From NCBI GenBank assembly GCA_964016885.1, contig OZ024742.1:14384001-14448000 (forward strand): a stretch of DNA of 64,000 nucleotides, in the 5' to 3' direction. The notes under the pieces are model-generated. The model saw only the letters and a program-made list of their open reading frames with translations, had not been told where the DNA came from and did no database searches. The stretch comes from Eledone cirrhosa (taxonomy: Eukaryota). Positions 49,165-62,601 of this stretch are shown one piece after another. Position 1 is the stretch's first letter. Every line of letters begins with the position of its first letter. The position numbers and the translations under genes are program-made.

Positions 49165-50790
49165 AGTACTAAATGAGGAGAATGCAGGGGAAGAGACCCT
49201 ATAGAGGGGCCAGCAGTACAAGTCAGCAGCAGCGTAGTAAGTAAGGCAATCAAAGATATGAAGATGGGGAAGGCAACCGGTCCATCGGGTATAGCTGCCG
49301 AGATGCTGAAGGCATCTGGGTCTGTAGGTCACATTATAACCACATGTATTGTTAACCAGGTAATACTAGAAGGTGTAGCATCATTGTCAACTGCTACAAA
49401 GGTAAAGGTGATGCACTAGATAGAGGAAACTATAGAGGTATAAAGCTGATGGACCAGGTCATGAAAGTAATAGAAAGAGTTATAGCACAGTTGATTAGGG
49501 ACCGGGTGAAACTAGATGAGATGCAATTTGGGTTTGTACCACTGATGCCCTCTTCCTTGTGAGGCAGTTACAGGAAAAGTACCTAGCAAAAAGTAAGCCG
49601 CTCTACCTGGCATTCGTTAATCTCGAGAAAGCCTTTGACAGAGTTCCATGTGCTATAATCTGGTGGGCTCTTAGAAAACTAGGAATAGATGAATGGCTTG
49701 TGAAAGCTGTACAAGCCATGTATAGGGGAGCAGTCAGCAAAGTTAGGATTAGCAATGACTATAGCGAGGAATTTAGCGTACAGGTCGGTGTCCACCAGGG
49801 CTCTGTTCTTAGCCCTCTCCTGTTCATCATAATTCTGCAGGCAATAACGGAGGAGTTTAAGACCGGATGCCCATGGGAACTCCTGTATGCAGATGATCTC
49901 ACACTTATAGCTGAATCTATGGTAGAACTAGAGAAGAAATTCCAAACTTGGAAGCAGGGACTAGAAAGAAAGCGTCTCAAAGTCAACCTGACAAAGACTA
50001 AGGTCCTTGTAAGTAGACAAGAAAACAGAACCCAGATCCCCTCAAAATTGAAAGCAGACTGTATGATGCATGTACACGAACAGCAATGTTACATGGTAGT
50101 GAGACCTGGGCACTGTCTGTGGAAGACTTGCGTAGATTAGAAAGAAACGAAGCTTACATGCTCCGATGGATGTGTAATAGTAATATACGCGAACGGCAAA
50201 GCATAAATGAATTGAGAGAGAGACTGAGCATAAGAGGAATCAAATGCTGTGTTCAGGAGAGGAAGTTGCGTTGGTATGGACATGTGATGCATATGAAGGA
50301 TGACAGCTACATAAAAAGGTGCAGAGCACTAGAAGTCAATGGAAACCGCGGAGTGGGGAGACCCAAGAAGACCTGGGATGAGGTGATAAAAGCCGACCTT
50401 ACCCAATTACACCTCTCAAAGGCGATGACACACGACCGTGACCTCTGGCGTCACGCAGTAATACAGAGTACCCGCCCATGGGTACAAGCCGAAGCTGAAG
50501 CATATAGACAATATGCCCACACCCTCCCACTGCAAAGTGGTCGTGGAGGTGCCATGGCAAAAAAGCACCCAGCCAACACTACAAAGTGGACGTGTAGGCA
50601 CCACGGAAAAAAAACACCCAGCACTCACTGTAAATGAGATTGGTGTTAGGAAGGGCATCCAGCTGTAGAAATCAAGCCAGAATCAGTTCCTGTATGAGCA
50701 AGGCATGGTCAGCCGACCAGACACTGCCCACAACAGGACAACCCGTCTAACCCATGCTAGCGTGGAAGAACGAAAGTAAAACGGTGATGA
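49165..50790 (+). mobile_element. Decayed RTE LINE (second subfamily) with internal deletion of the PHD region
   Basis: RT motifs LEKAFDRVP and YADDL; jumps from QIPS to the KGRLYD region; 3' UTR with GAT tail. Confidence 0.9.
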
Positions 50791-51219
50791 TATATATACA
50801 TATATAAATATAAGTATGTATACATACATACATATATGTAGTTATGTAATAAACAACATAAGGCAATTATTTCATTTACCAATGGTTTCTTAAAAGGAAA
50901 AAAATGTTGCTTTCAATCATCAGAATGAAAAAATCCTGGTGTAATTATTGGCATTGGATTTAAAAAAACCTGTACGTCTGTATACATATATGTATACAGA
51001 CGTACAGTAGGCTGAGCAGCCTAATTTGCATATCGAGTGAGTTAGTCGGCTGGGTGTACTGAAAACGATAAATGGAAAAAATGAAAATTCATTTCTCACT
51101 CTTAGTACGGCTGATACTTAAATATAAGTATGTATACGTACATATTTATATGTATACAGACGTACAGTAGTATGTATATAACATACATACATGCACACAC
51201 ACATATATATATATATGTA

Positions 51220-51559
51220 CGTATGGGTTTACCGAACTTTATTATAATGCTCATTTTTGGGGGGTTTTTTTCTAGTTATCGTTTTTGGTACACCCGGCCG
51301 ACTAACCCACTCGATATGCAAATTAGGCTGCTCAGCCGTTAATATGCATAAGGAAAGTATATACTTTCAGACGTTCAATCGACTGACAGGAAGGCATACA
51401 GTGCTGATGACAGCTAATAAGCTTGAAACTAGTACATCGTTCCTTTGTCAGCGTTGAACAAAAGAGCAACGATGGTTGCTAAACACTGTACAGCTTAATT
51501 CGGGCTGTCTGTTTACAAACAAACCGAGCATTATAATAAATGTTCGGTAAACCCATACG
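51220..51559. mobile_element. MITE with ~35-bp TIRs and TA target duplication (Tc1/mariner-like)
   Basis: TA|CGTATGGGTTTACCGAAC.TTTATTATAATGCTC ... GAGCATTATAATAAATGTTCGGTAAACCCATACG|TA. Confidence 0.85.
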
Positions 51560-52139
51560 TACATATATGCATGTATATACATACTACTGTACATCATCAT
51601 CTTCGTTTAACGTCCATTTTCCACGCTAGCATGGGTTAGACGGGAGTTGTCCCACTTGAGGCAAGGTTGGTCGGGTGACCATGTCTCGCACATATAGGAC
51701 TATCTGGCAGATTTTCTATGGCTGGATGCCCTTCCTAACACCAACCACATTTACAGTGTGGAACTGGGAACTTTTTACCGTGTTACCTACACGCCCACAT
51801 TACAGCGTGGACTGTTTTTTTTTGTCGTGACACCTACACGATCTTGATCTCATTATCTTGTGCTGTTGGTGGGAGTGGGGTAGGGGTAGTGGATTGGGGT
51901 GTATATTTGGTTAAGAGGTGCCTACTGACTGTTGGTTTAACTTTGTACATAGGCAAGGTGGGTCTTCTGTATTACTGCGTAGCGCCAAAGATCTCGGTCC
52001 AGAGACATTGTCTTAGAGAGGTGTGTGTGAGGTCGGAATTTATCAGATCATCCCAGGTTTTTCTGGGTCTACCTCTGTATACATATATGTATGTACGTAT
52101 ACATACTTATATTATATATATATACATATATAAATGGAA

Positions 52140-53045
52140 TGAATACAAAGGAGTATATACCGTTAAAACATGTTTATTTAAAAATGCACCTACATACGTT
52201 TCACCCAAAAAGGGCTTCTCAAGGGCATAGAAAACAAAAAAATGATCAGTACGTGACCCAGGAGGGGTTTTAAGGTTATATTTACATCAGAGTTCATTCT
52301 TCGTTCAAGCAGATGTGTTGTTTTTGCCACAGAGCAAGGGGAGTAACTCTGGCCGGTGTTTGAATAATCGTCCCCCACTGCTTTTTACCCGTTCACATGA
52401 TGGTGTTTTGCGTTATTATTTTGTGGGTGCTGCTTTACTATTGCCGGTTCGAGCCAGGTCTGGGATGCATATTTAGTTCATAGATGTTTATTTGCACCAC
52501 CTGCCCACCAGAGTGTTATGGTTTGGGCAGGGGGACCCAGTTTATAGTTTTCATGCCACAGTCAGTTCCCACCCAAAGTAAGACACCTGTAATCAGTGCC
52601 TGCAGTTTATGACCGATTCGGCTCTACTGTTTATGAGTTAAAGGGGTGTTCTTATGATATAGTAAAGCTCCATGAGGCAAAGCTCGCACTTCCTCTTGAA
52701 ATTGTAGGGTGCAGCCCTGCCGACAAATCCAATCATAAATACAGAAAAATACTTAAGAACAATATTAAAACATCCTTCTCTACCACTCCCAATCTAGCAG
52801 ACATCATAGGAGCAACTAATCACAGTAAGATCACCAAAACACGGCACCTTAGCACAGATACATCTAGACCTGACAGCAACACTAATAGCCTTAACATCTC
52901 CCTAGCAGCACCCAATAGTGTTGGTGGCAGCCCCAACAGACGAAACCGACATAACCAAGGCGAGACTGGGGAGCATGCTGGTGACCAATATATATAGAAG
53001 ACAAAAAAATTATCAGTACGTGACCCAGGAAGGGTTCTAAGGTTA
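52140..53045. mobile_element. Rearranged Penelope-like remnant (minus-strand pLTR plus a plus-strand RT-EN linker piece)
   Basis: HKYRKILKNNIKTSFSTTPNLADII linker-like motif; duplicated tcagtacgtgacccagga at about 52245 and 53014; hammerhead at 52184. Confidence 0.55.
52184..52228 (-). ncRNA. Minimal type I hammerhead ribozyme, U3-A8 core variant
   Basis: atgccc-TTGAGAA-gccc ttttt gggt-GAAA-c gtat g-TA-ggtgcat; AATAAA follows. Confidence 0.65.
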
Positions 53046-53201
53046 GTGACTCTGAAATATCTGGATGGTCATGTGTCTTTCATTGTAGGCCTGCTCTATC
53101 AGGTTTGACCTAGTGCTGCATGTAGCAATTTTATGGTCAGCATCAAAACAATTTATCATGTTGACTGGGCAGGTCTGGAGAGGAGATGAGCTTTACCAGG
53201 C

Positions 53202-53368
53202 TTAACCCTTTAATGTTCAAACCAGCCAAAACCTGCCAGAATTCTCTACCTCTTTCTGTTGAAACTGATGTTAAGGTATTGTTCTCAGATTCGATATTAT
53301 GCGATATAAAGCCTTTACCATGAAAATATAATAGCATATGTAGAGGAATGTAAATGCTAAAGGGTTAA
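53202..53368. mobile_element. piggyBac-type MITE
   Basis: TTAA|CCCTTT...AAAGGG|TTAA. Confidence 0.8.
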
Positions 53369-53679
53369 AATACCCAAGAAAAGCGATATACTACCACAGC
53401 GCCTCACAACTCTATCATGAGTTACAGAACCAACCATACCATATAAATGACACATCACACTTGTTTTGAGGTTTTTAAACTCAAGGGTTCTGAATAAAGG
53501 CCCCGACTGCCTTGGTAGCAAGATTTGAACTCAAGGGTGCTGAATAAAGGCCCCGACTGCCTTGGTAGCAAGATTTGAACTCAAGGGTTCTAAGTAAAGA
53601 CCCAGGACTGCCTTGGTAGTAGGATGTGCTTCAATCTATTTTCCAGCATCTAACCAATTCAATCAAATTTTTTTAAAAA

Positions 53680-54070
53680 TAAAACGAAATTTTCCCAACG
53701 GTTTAACACTCTTCCCTTCCAAAGGGGGCAAATTCTTAATTTGGGAAGTGACATGCTGCGACTCGTTCTCTGCTGACTGTAATGTGGAGGAGCAGAAGAT
53801 AGTTAAATACAAGGGCCTAACCGACCACTTCCTCTTGGTTCCAGTCTCTGTCAAGACCTCTGGTGTCCTGGGTCTCCACACTACAACAGATAGTCAAATA
53901 CCAGGGTCTGTCCAGCTGTTTCCTCTCCATCAAGACCTCTGGTGTCCTTGGTCTGACACTGCTGATTTCCTTTGTAAAATCAGAAAGATGGTGGCCAGCT
54001 TGAAGAAGCCCCGTGGGGTGGCTGTTGTAACGAGTATCTCTAGCCATTCTGTCTGGATGGTAGGGGGTGC
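53680..54070 (+). pseudogene. Restriction-like endonuclease tail of a CRE-like non-LTR retrotransposon, decayed
   Basis: PNGLTLFP..GKFLIWEVTCCD...EEQKIVKYKGL..HFLLVPVSVKTSGVLG resembles the PDG..WD.T..E..K..KY..P..ET.G..G pattern. Confidence 0.65.
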
Positions 54071-54762
54071 AGCTGAGGTACCGCTCAGACTGGGGTGTAG
54101 TGTGTCCCTCCCCATCTACCTTTCTTTTGTTGCTTGATTCTTTTTTTCTTTTTCTTTCTATTTTCCATTAATAGTGTGTTTTGTTTTTGTATAAACATCT
54201 TTGTAAGGTCACACTTGTGATATCTGAAACTTAGAATATTGTGATAACCCCAAGATATTTTACTACAGAATCAATCGATGACATAGAAAATCCCTGGAGC
54301 TTAGTTTACACTATTAGTTGGAAGATATATCTCGGTTGAATAAATGACCAAACACAGCCTCTAATGATATCTTCCAGCGATCAATACAACCTGATCTATC
54401 ATGATCTGACAAATATTTATTTCTAATTTAGGCACAAGGTCAGCAAATTTGGGGGGCAGGGAAAATTTGATTAACTCAACCCCAGTACCTGACTGGTACT
54501 TTATCAACCCTGGAAGAATAAAAGGCAAAATTAACCTTGGTAGGATTTGAACTCAGAATATATAGCGAGCCAAAACAAATACCACACTAGCATTTTGTCT
54601 GATGTTCTACCAATTATGCCAATTCAACACCCTTAGTGTATTATAACTTTAATGGTGTAAAGTTGGTCTTTCACAAAACACTGAAAAGAAAGTTTATATA
54701 AAGAATGATGTTTTTATGTGTGCAGATACTGTAAAATATCTTATAAAATGGGGTAAAAACCC

Positions 54763-54966
54763 TTAACCCTTTAGCATTTAAACTGGCCATATCCGGCCAG
54801 AGTTCTCTCACCTCTCTATTCAAACTGGCTGCTCATACTTATGTTAAAGAATTGTTCTCAAAATAGATAACATCAAAATCTCATAGATTCGATATTATGT
54901 GAGGTAAAGCCTTTATTGTGAAAATATAATAGTATATAGAGAGTAATGTAAATGCTAAAGGGTTAA
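54763..54966. mobile_element. piggyBac-type MITE
   Basis: TTAA|CCCTTTAGCATTTA...TAAATGCTAAAGGG|TTAA. Confidence 0.88.
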
Positions 54967-55556
54967 AGATGGAAAAAGAAGTTGCCATCAGCTGCTATGA
55001 GGAACACCATAGCCAATATCTGGGAGATATGGGGTTTGATTCCTCATAGCAGTTGATGGCAACTTCTTTTCCAACTTTAACCCTTTAGTTAGCAACCTGG
55101 CCAAAACAAGCTCTGATTCTATGAACCAAAACCACCCATTTTAAAGGTATCAATTTAAATTTAAATCTTCCAACATGATTTTATATAATAAGAATCTTAT
55201 ATTAAGTTACTATCTTAGTAATGAGATAATAATTTTAGTAAATCCCTAAAAATTCTTCATTAATTAAAATAGTATTTTATTAGAAATATGGTCATGTGTT
55301 ATTGGGTCACCACCCTATTTTACAGTATCTCCACACATCATTCTTTATAGTAATAATAATAATAATAAGATATAACTTGATAAGATTTTCATTTTTATAT
55401 AATCCTTTCTGATTCTTTTTTTTTTATTTTTTGTTAAGTTCTGAGAAAATGAATTTATTTTAATTTAAAAAAATCTTTTTAAACCATTCTGTCAACTCAA
55501 AAAACCAAAACCAAAACCAAAAAAAGCCCCATGTAAACCATATCAACCAGACAGAT

Positions 55557-56033
55557 TATTACTGTGTGATATCGCTGGTTAGTGTGTGATACCATTGGTT
55601 ACTGTGTGATATCACTGGTTAGTGTGTGATAGCGCTGGTCAGTGTGTAATATTATTGGTTAGTGTGCTATTATTGGTTACTGTGTGGTAATACTGGTTAC
55701 TGTGTAATATCGCTGGTTACTGTATGGTATCACTGGTTAGTATGTAATATCGCTGGTTACTGTGTGATATCGCTGGTTACTGTATGGTATCACTGGTTAG
55801 TATGTGATATCGCTGGTTACTGTATGGTATCACTGGTTAGTATGTGATATCGCTGGTTACTGTATGGTATCACTGGTTAGTATGTGATATCACTGGTTAG
55901 TATGTGATATCATTGGTTAGTATATGATATCGCTGGTTACTGGATGGTATCGCTGGTTAGTGTGTGATATCGCTGGTTACTGTATGGTATCACTGGTTAG
56001 TGTGTGATATCGCTGGTTACTGTATGGTATCAC
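55557..56033. repeat. 20-bp minisatellite (TGTGTGATATCGCTGGTTAC variants)
   Basis: Direct reading. Confidence 0.93.
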
Positions 56034-56193
56034 TTAACTTTATGTTGTGGAAGAGAAAATAAACACTTTTTTTGTCTTATTTTTTTCTGATCATCTTTTT
56101 TTTAAAACTTTTTGTTGTGTTCATTAAAATTAAAAAGATTTTAATATTCAGTTTTGTTTGTTTATATTTTGGTTGTCACATTTTACTTTTTTT

Positions 56194-56247
<54 letters not shown>

Positions 56248-57584
56248 TTAGTCCTCCTGACACTTCTCAGTTTTCTACTGAGAGAAAACAATCACATTTT
56301 TCAGGAGACTGAAATATAGGAAAAAAAAAAAAAGTTAGTAAGTTAAATAAGAAACAAAATATTTGTGTAAAACACAGGAAGATATCTAAGAATTGAAGAT
56401 AAATTTAATATAGGTGATATCAACCTCATCATAGTTTTTTACATACACATCTTTCAAACTGGAGTACCGGAGAAATATAGATGACATCATCATCATTGTT
56501 TAACGTCCATCTTAAGGCAAGATTGGTCAGGTGACTGTGTCTCGCTCATATAGGACTATCTGGCAGGTTTTCTACGGCTGGATGCCCTTCCTAACACCAA
56601 CCACATTTACAGTGTGGACTGTGAGCTTTTTACTATGTTACCTACACGGCCACGTTACAGCGTGGACTGTGTTTTTTGTTGTGACATCTACACGATCTCG
56701 ATCTCATGACAATTTTTTTAATTTATTTGTGACAATATTTCTGGTGGAGGATTGGCCGTATCGGTTTTGCAGCATAGAGTTATGTCCCTTTATGTTCTGA
56801 GTTCAAATTCCATCAAGGTTAGCTTTGCCATTCAACAAAACAAAGTACCAGTAATACACTGGAGTCAATTTAATCGACTTTCTCCTCCCCCCAAATTGCT
56901 GGCCTTGTGCCTATATAAGAAACCATTATTATTATTATTAGTAGTATATAACACTGGGTGCTGGATTGATAAAACGCCATTGTGGTAATCATTCTGGCCC
57001 TTTATATTTTGAGTTCAAATCCCACTGAGGTTGATAAAATATCTGTCAAATACTGGGGTTGAGTGAATCAACTTTGACCTCTGCCCAAATTTACTGACCT
57101 TGTACCTAAATTAGAAATCATAATTACAATACTGAATGATATTATTATTATCATTAAAAAGGTGGTGGATTGGCAGTATCGGTAGAGGGTCGAACGCCAT
57201 GCTTTGCAGAATAGAGTTACGGCCCTTTACAGTTCGAGTTCAAATCCCACCGAGGTTAACTTTGCCTTTCCCCCTTACAGGGTCAATAAGATAAAGCACC
57301 AGTAATGGGATAATCGCTGGCCTTGTGCCAAAAGTAGAAACAATTATTATTATGGAAGTCTGTTCCAATTAGAGGAGAACTGTATGAGTATGCAGGTGTG
57401 GCGAGTTGCCATTAGAAAAGTAAAATGAATGCTTCACTTTGAAAAGAGAGATGACTCAAGAAGAAGAATTATAATACTGGATAATCAAGTAATGAGAAAA
57501 AGGGGAAGGGGAAGGGGTAAAGAAGGGGAGATCTGACTGTAGAGGAAAGGGCTATCAATGCCATAAAATGATTATTATTAATAT

Positions 57585-58730
57585 GGAAGACTAAGGTCCT
57601 TATAAGTAGACGAGAAAACAGAACCCAGATCCCCTCAGGGAAATGGCCTTGCTCAGTATGTAGGAAAGGTGTAGGTAGGAACTCCATTCTTTGCCCCAAA
57701 TGCAAACAATGGGTACACAAGAGATGTAGCGGGATCTCAGGAAGCTTAATTAAGAATGTAGGATTCACATGCAGCAGCTGTGCTGAAACAGCAAGCAAAC
57801 AGCCACAGGAAACAAGTACCACCAATCTCTGGGAGGGCCCTGTAGAAACAGTAGACAGCTTCTGCTACCTAGGTGACCGAATTAGCAACGGAGGTGGGTG
57901 CTCAGAAAGTACAATAACTAGGGTAAGAACGGGATGGAAGAAGTTTAGGGAACTACTACCACTGCTAGCTGCAAAAGGCTTCTCCCTCAGAATGAAAGGC
58001 AGACTGTATGATGCGTGTATCCGAACAGCGATGTTGCATGGTAGTGAGACCTGGGCGCTGAAGGTGGAAGACTTACGTAGATTAGAGAGAAACGAAGCCT
58101 GCATGCTCCGATGGATGTGTAACAGTAATATACGTGAACGACAAAGCATAAATGAATTGAGAGAGAGACTGAGCATAAGAGGAATCAAATGCTGCGTGCA
58201 GGAGAGGCGGTTACGCTGGTATGGACATGTGATGCGTATGAAGGATGACAGCTGCATAAAAAGGTGCAGAGCACTAGAAGTTGATGGAAACCGCGGAGTG
58301 GGGAGACCCAAGATGACTTGGGATGAGGTGATAAAAGCCGACCTTACCCAACTACACCTCTCAAAGTCAATGACACACGACCGTGACTTCTGGCGTCACG
58401 CAGTAATACAGGGTACCCGACCTCCCATGGGTACATGCTGAAGCATATAAACAATATGCCCCCCCCCCACCGCAAGGTGGTCGTGGAGGTGCCACGGCAA
58501 AAAAGCACCCAGCCCACACTGTAAAGTGGACGTGTAGGCGCCACGAAAAAGCACCCAGCCCACACTGTAAATGAGGTTGGTGTTAGGAAGGGCATCCAGC
58601 TGTAGAAATCAAGCCAGATCAGTTCCTGTATGAGCAAGGCATGGTCAGCCGACCAGACACTGCCCACAACAGGACAACCCGTCTAACCCATGCTAGCGTG
58701 GAAGAACGGACGTAAAACGGTGATGATGAT
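57585..58730 (+). mobile_element. RTE LINE 3' part including PHD finger
   Basis: KWPCSVCRKGVGRNSILCPKCKQWVHKRC; GSETW; (GAT)n tail. Confidence 0.9.
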
Positions 58731-59292
58731 GGAAGTGTGGTGGAAAAAGAACAGATCTGATGAAATCACACAAACCTTTTATATTTCTAACTAAAATACA
58801 TTCCTGGCTCTTTTATATTCTTAAAATAATTGTGAATATCAAATGATTTTGTATAACCACAACGTTTTAAATTTATTACATTAAACTGGTGTTTCTAGCA
58901 CTCCTTTTCCTCTCATTTATGGCATTTATAGCCCTTCCCTTTCCTCTACAGCCAGATCTGCCCTTCTTTACCCCTTTTCTCATTACATAATTTTGCTTTT
59001 ATCTTTGTCATATTTATGTATCAATGGTTTTTCAGCCAACTTTGTGAATAAAATAAAGTTCTGTAAATTTAACTTCTCCTCTGAACTTGATATGACCATA
59101 TGTAAACAGGTTACAGACCCCTTGGCCTGTCTGGGATGTCAATACCCCTACTTTAGTATTGACCTGGTCTGTATGGACCTACCAACCCATTAAATGATGA
59201 TGGTGAATTATTTTAAAAGCAGAGAGAATATTCCAATTGATTCTCTCCCCTGAAATGTATAGCTAACAAGAGGTGACTTTAAATTCAAAATA

Positions 59293-60040
59293 TACAAGGT
59301 AACTGGAAAGAAACTCGCTATTTAAAATTGTTAATAACTTTATTATTGGACGATTTTCATAAAACATGTTTTATTTGGAACAGTGTAATGGTAGAAGTAT
59401 AGTACAGTGTTAAAACTCTACATAGGCACCAGTGTTGTCCAACAGTTTGTCATCATCTTGGTATATCCTTGACCAACTCCATCAGGAACTCAGGCAGTAT
59501 GTTGGTTAGTACATGGCGAATGTGTTCCTCCAATTGAGTTTTCGGTTTTAAGTTATAAACCTCTTCCTTTGCCCTCCCCAACAGAAATAAATGTCACGGC
59601 TTTAACTCTTTAGCATTTACATTACTCTATATTTACTATTGTATTTTTGTGGTAAAGGCTTTATCTTACATTATATCGAATCTATGAGATTTTAATGTTA
59701 TTTATTTTGAGAACAATACCTTAAAGTTGGTATGAGTGGCTGGTTATGGCTGGTTTGAATAGAAAGAGGTGAGAGAATTTTGGCCGGATATGGCCGGTTT
59801 GAATGCTAAAGGGTTAAGTCAGGGCTTCTTGCTGGCCATGCATGTAGATATTGACAACCCAGGCAACGTCCTGGAAATTGGACATTAAGCCAGTCATGAA
59901 TAGTGTGGGCAAAATGAGGAGCCTCATCCTGCATGAATATGAGGTCATTGTTTGCTTGGTCCGATTTGATGAGTTCCACCTCACACAGGAAGTGAATGGG
60001 GTCAGACATCTTGTCAATTGATTCCAATCTCATTAATATA
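59293..60040 (-). mobile_element. Tc1/mariner transposase remnant interrupted by a piggyBac MITE (59602-59817)
   Basis: FMQDEAPHFA...WPARSPDL motif; MITE sits in a duplicated TTAA within the SPDL codons. Confidence 0.85.
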
Positions 60041-60867
60041 TAAACTAACTAGGAACAAATAAAAGAAGGAAACAATCGCTTTAAATATCACAAAGAAACT
60101 ATAACCATCTTATAAGGGTATTGAGTGGCTTTACTGGAAGAATAAGATATGTTACAAGGCTTAAAATACATTCACACAGATCGTTAGAGAAAAAAAAAAT
60201 GTTGTTCCAAGTGGTGACAGCCAAATATTAGTAATATAGGAAGTATTCTAACTTGATCTACATGATAAACACACCTAGTGTACACTGTAAAGTGGTTGGT
60301 GATACGAAGGGCATCCAGTTGTAGAATGCTTGCCAGACAAAAGGGGTGGGAGGACCCTTATTTGTGTCAAAGACATGACAACCTCTCCTGTGTAATCGGT
60401 GGAGTGGTGACCATACATAAAGTGAGACAGATCTCTGGCCTGCCAGGGATATCAGTGGCTCCGCTTCAGTACTGACTTGGTCTATGTAGACCCGTCCAAC
60501 TCTTGTTAGCAGACATTAAAATGACAATGAAGGTCATCCTCTTCTGTTTGTGGTAAATATTCAATATTTTATATATGGTTTATTTGAATAAAAATCTATA
60601 CCTTAGTTCAAATATTGATATATACATAGCCCCGACTACCTATTGATTTATTGTGCACTCCAATTGGTGAGGGGATACCTTGCAGAAATTAATTAAAATT
60701 GTCATATGTATATGTATAATATATATACACATAAATATTCACATATATATATATACACACACACACAACTCCCTATTCAAACCAAATATAATCTTTCTTA
60801 GTGAGAAAGCTGCAGTAGGGTTCATGACCAAAAGGTTAAACAGTAAAGATGAGAAAAGGGAACTTAC

Positions 60868-61086
60868 TTTACAGGAATATACCACTAATGGTGGCAGGTT
60901 GTGTGCCAGGAGAATCATTCACCAAATATGGGTAGGTTTCAGGATCATAGTGCAGTGGTTCGGTAGATATAGACAAGACAGCTTTAAAAGAGTCTAGGAT
61001 GCCAAGTTCATTGTTGCTAGCATGATGGTGGAGGTGTTGGTGGTGTTGGTGGTGTTGGTCTGCTGATTGAGTATTCCTCTCTGATT
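60868..61086 (-). other. Candidate exon of an unidentified minus-strand gene (His/Gln-rich open frame ending in TAA 1 nt before the donor)
   Basis: ttgttttgttcag acceptor and A|gtaagt donor; unique non-repeat sequence; another gtaagt donor at about 62502. Confidence 0.45.
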
Positions 61087-62601
61087 CTGAACAAAACAAA
61101 TAACAACATGGAAAAGAGAATTAAGATATAAAACAAAAAAAAATAGTCAATTAGATGAAAATCACAACAGACTAGTGTTTTAGACTCATATGCGTGCGTG
61201 TGTGTGCATCTTTATATTGACGCTGTTCAAAGCAAAAGCAATGATGTTTGTTTATATCCTGCATAAACAATGTGTTCTAAAGCTTTATGGTGCAATGAAA
61301 TTCAGTGGAATATATCAAAATACCATTCTTAAGAATAAAGTATCGATTGGTATCAGGAAGAACACCCGGCCTTAGGGAAAATCTGCCTCGAAATGTCTCT
61401 TCCAAACTTTGCCAGAATGGAAAAAGTAGACATGAAAATGTTGAGGATGTATGTTTGTGTGAAAATTAAAACCACATCTGGCAAGATTTGACCTCTCTGA
61501 AGAACTCAACTAAAATTCTTGTTACCAAACTGAAACTGAGACTGGCCAGTTCTACCTAGTCACGTTTAAATCATAATAGCATAATAGCGATATTGACAAC
61601 ATCGCAGTTCATCATCATCATCAACAGCACCGTTTAACATGTTTTTTGTCACACTTGTATAGGTTAGATGAGTTGTCACATTATGAGAAAAGTCAGGTCT
61701 GGTGACCACAGCTTGCTCATATGGATCTGTATTTTGGCTTGATTTCTACAGCTGCATGCCCTTCCTTATGCCAACCGCTTTACAGGGTGGACTGGATGCT
61801 TTTTGTCATGTCATCATCACAACCACCTCACAGGGTGGACTGGGTACTTTTTCTTGTGTCACCAACACAATATATATTTATTTTGTGCTCATAATACTGT
61901 CTCCTCCTTTTTGACATGACCTTCACCTCTACCCTATTTCAGAGTGAACCTTACAGAGTGAAGTGGGTGCCTTTTGTCATGTCACCAACACAACTACCTT
62001 ACAGGGTGAACTAGGTGCCTTTTGTCATGTCACCATCACAACCACCTTACAGGGTGAACTGGGTGCCTTTTGTCATGTCACCATCGCGACCACCTTACTA
62101 TATGGCACTTCACTAGATAAATAGTTGTTTTACACCATCTGATATATTTTATGTCCATTTTGTTATCTCTGAAATTTTGGGATATTTCTTTTCCAAATCT
62201 ATTTTTCATTTACTCTGTATTTCTACAAGTTTTTCCTCATCTTAGAAATTATATAAGATTCTGATTTGGTAATAGCAACTCTGAATTGGAATAATTTTAG
62301 AATGTAGTAAATAAACACATCAGACATAGCATGTGACAGACTGGGTTGTTATAAATACCATCTTAAAAAACAAAATTATTAACTTCAGTAAATCCCTCCA
62401 AATTTTCCAATAACTAATTCAATGCTTTCATTAGAAATCTGGTAATGAAAGGGTTAAATATAATCTAAACTTTACATTTGACTAATATTTAACTATACTT
62501 ACCTGTAATCAGAGTAGTTTTCAGACAACCACTCACACACAACCCCCTCCATAACAGGTATATTAAAGAACCGTTTGTTAATTTGTGTTAAAAACACAAG
62601 T

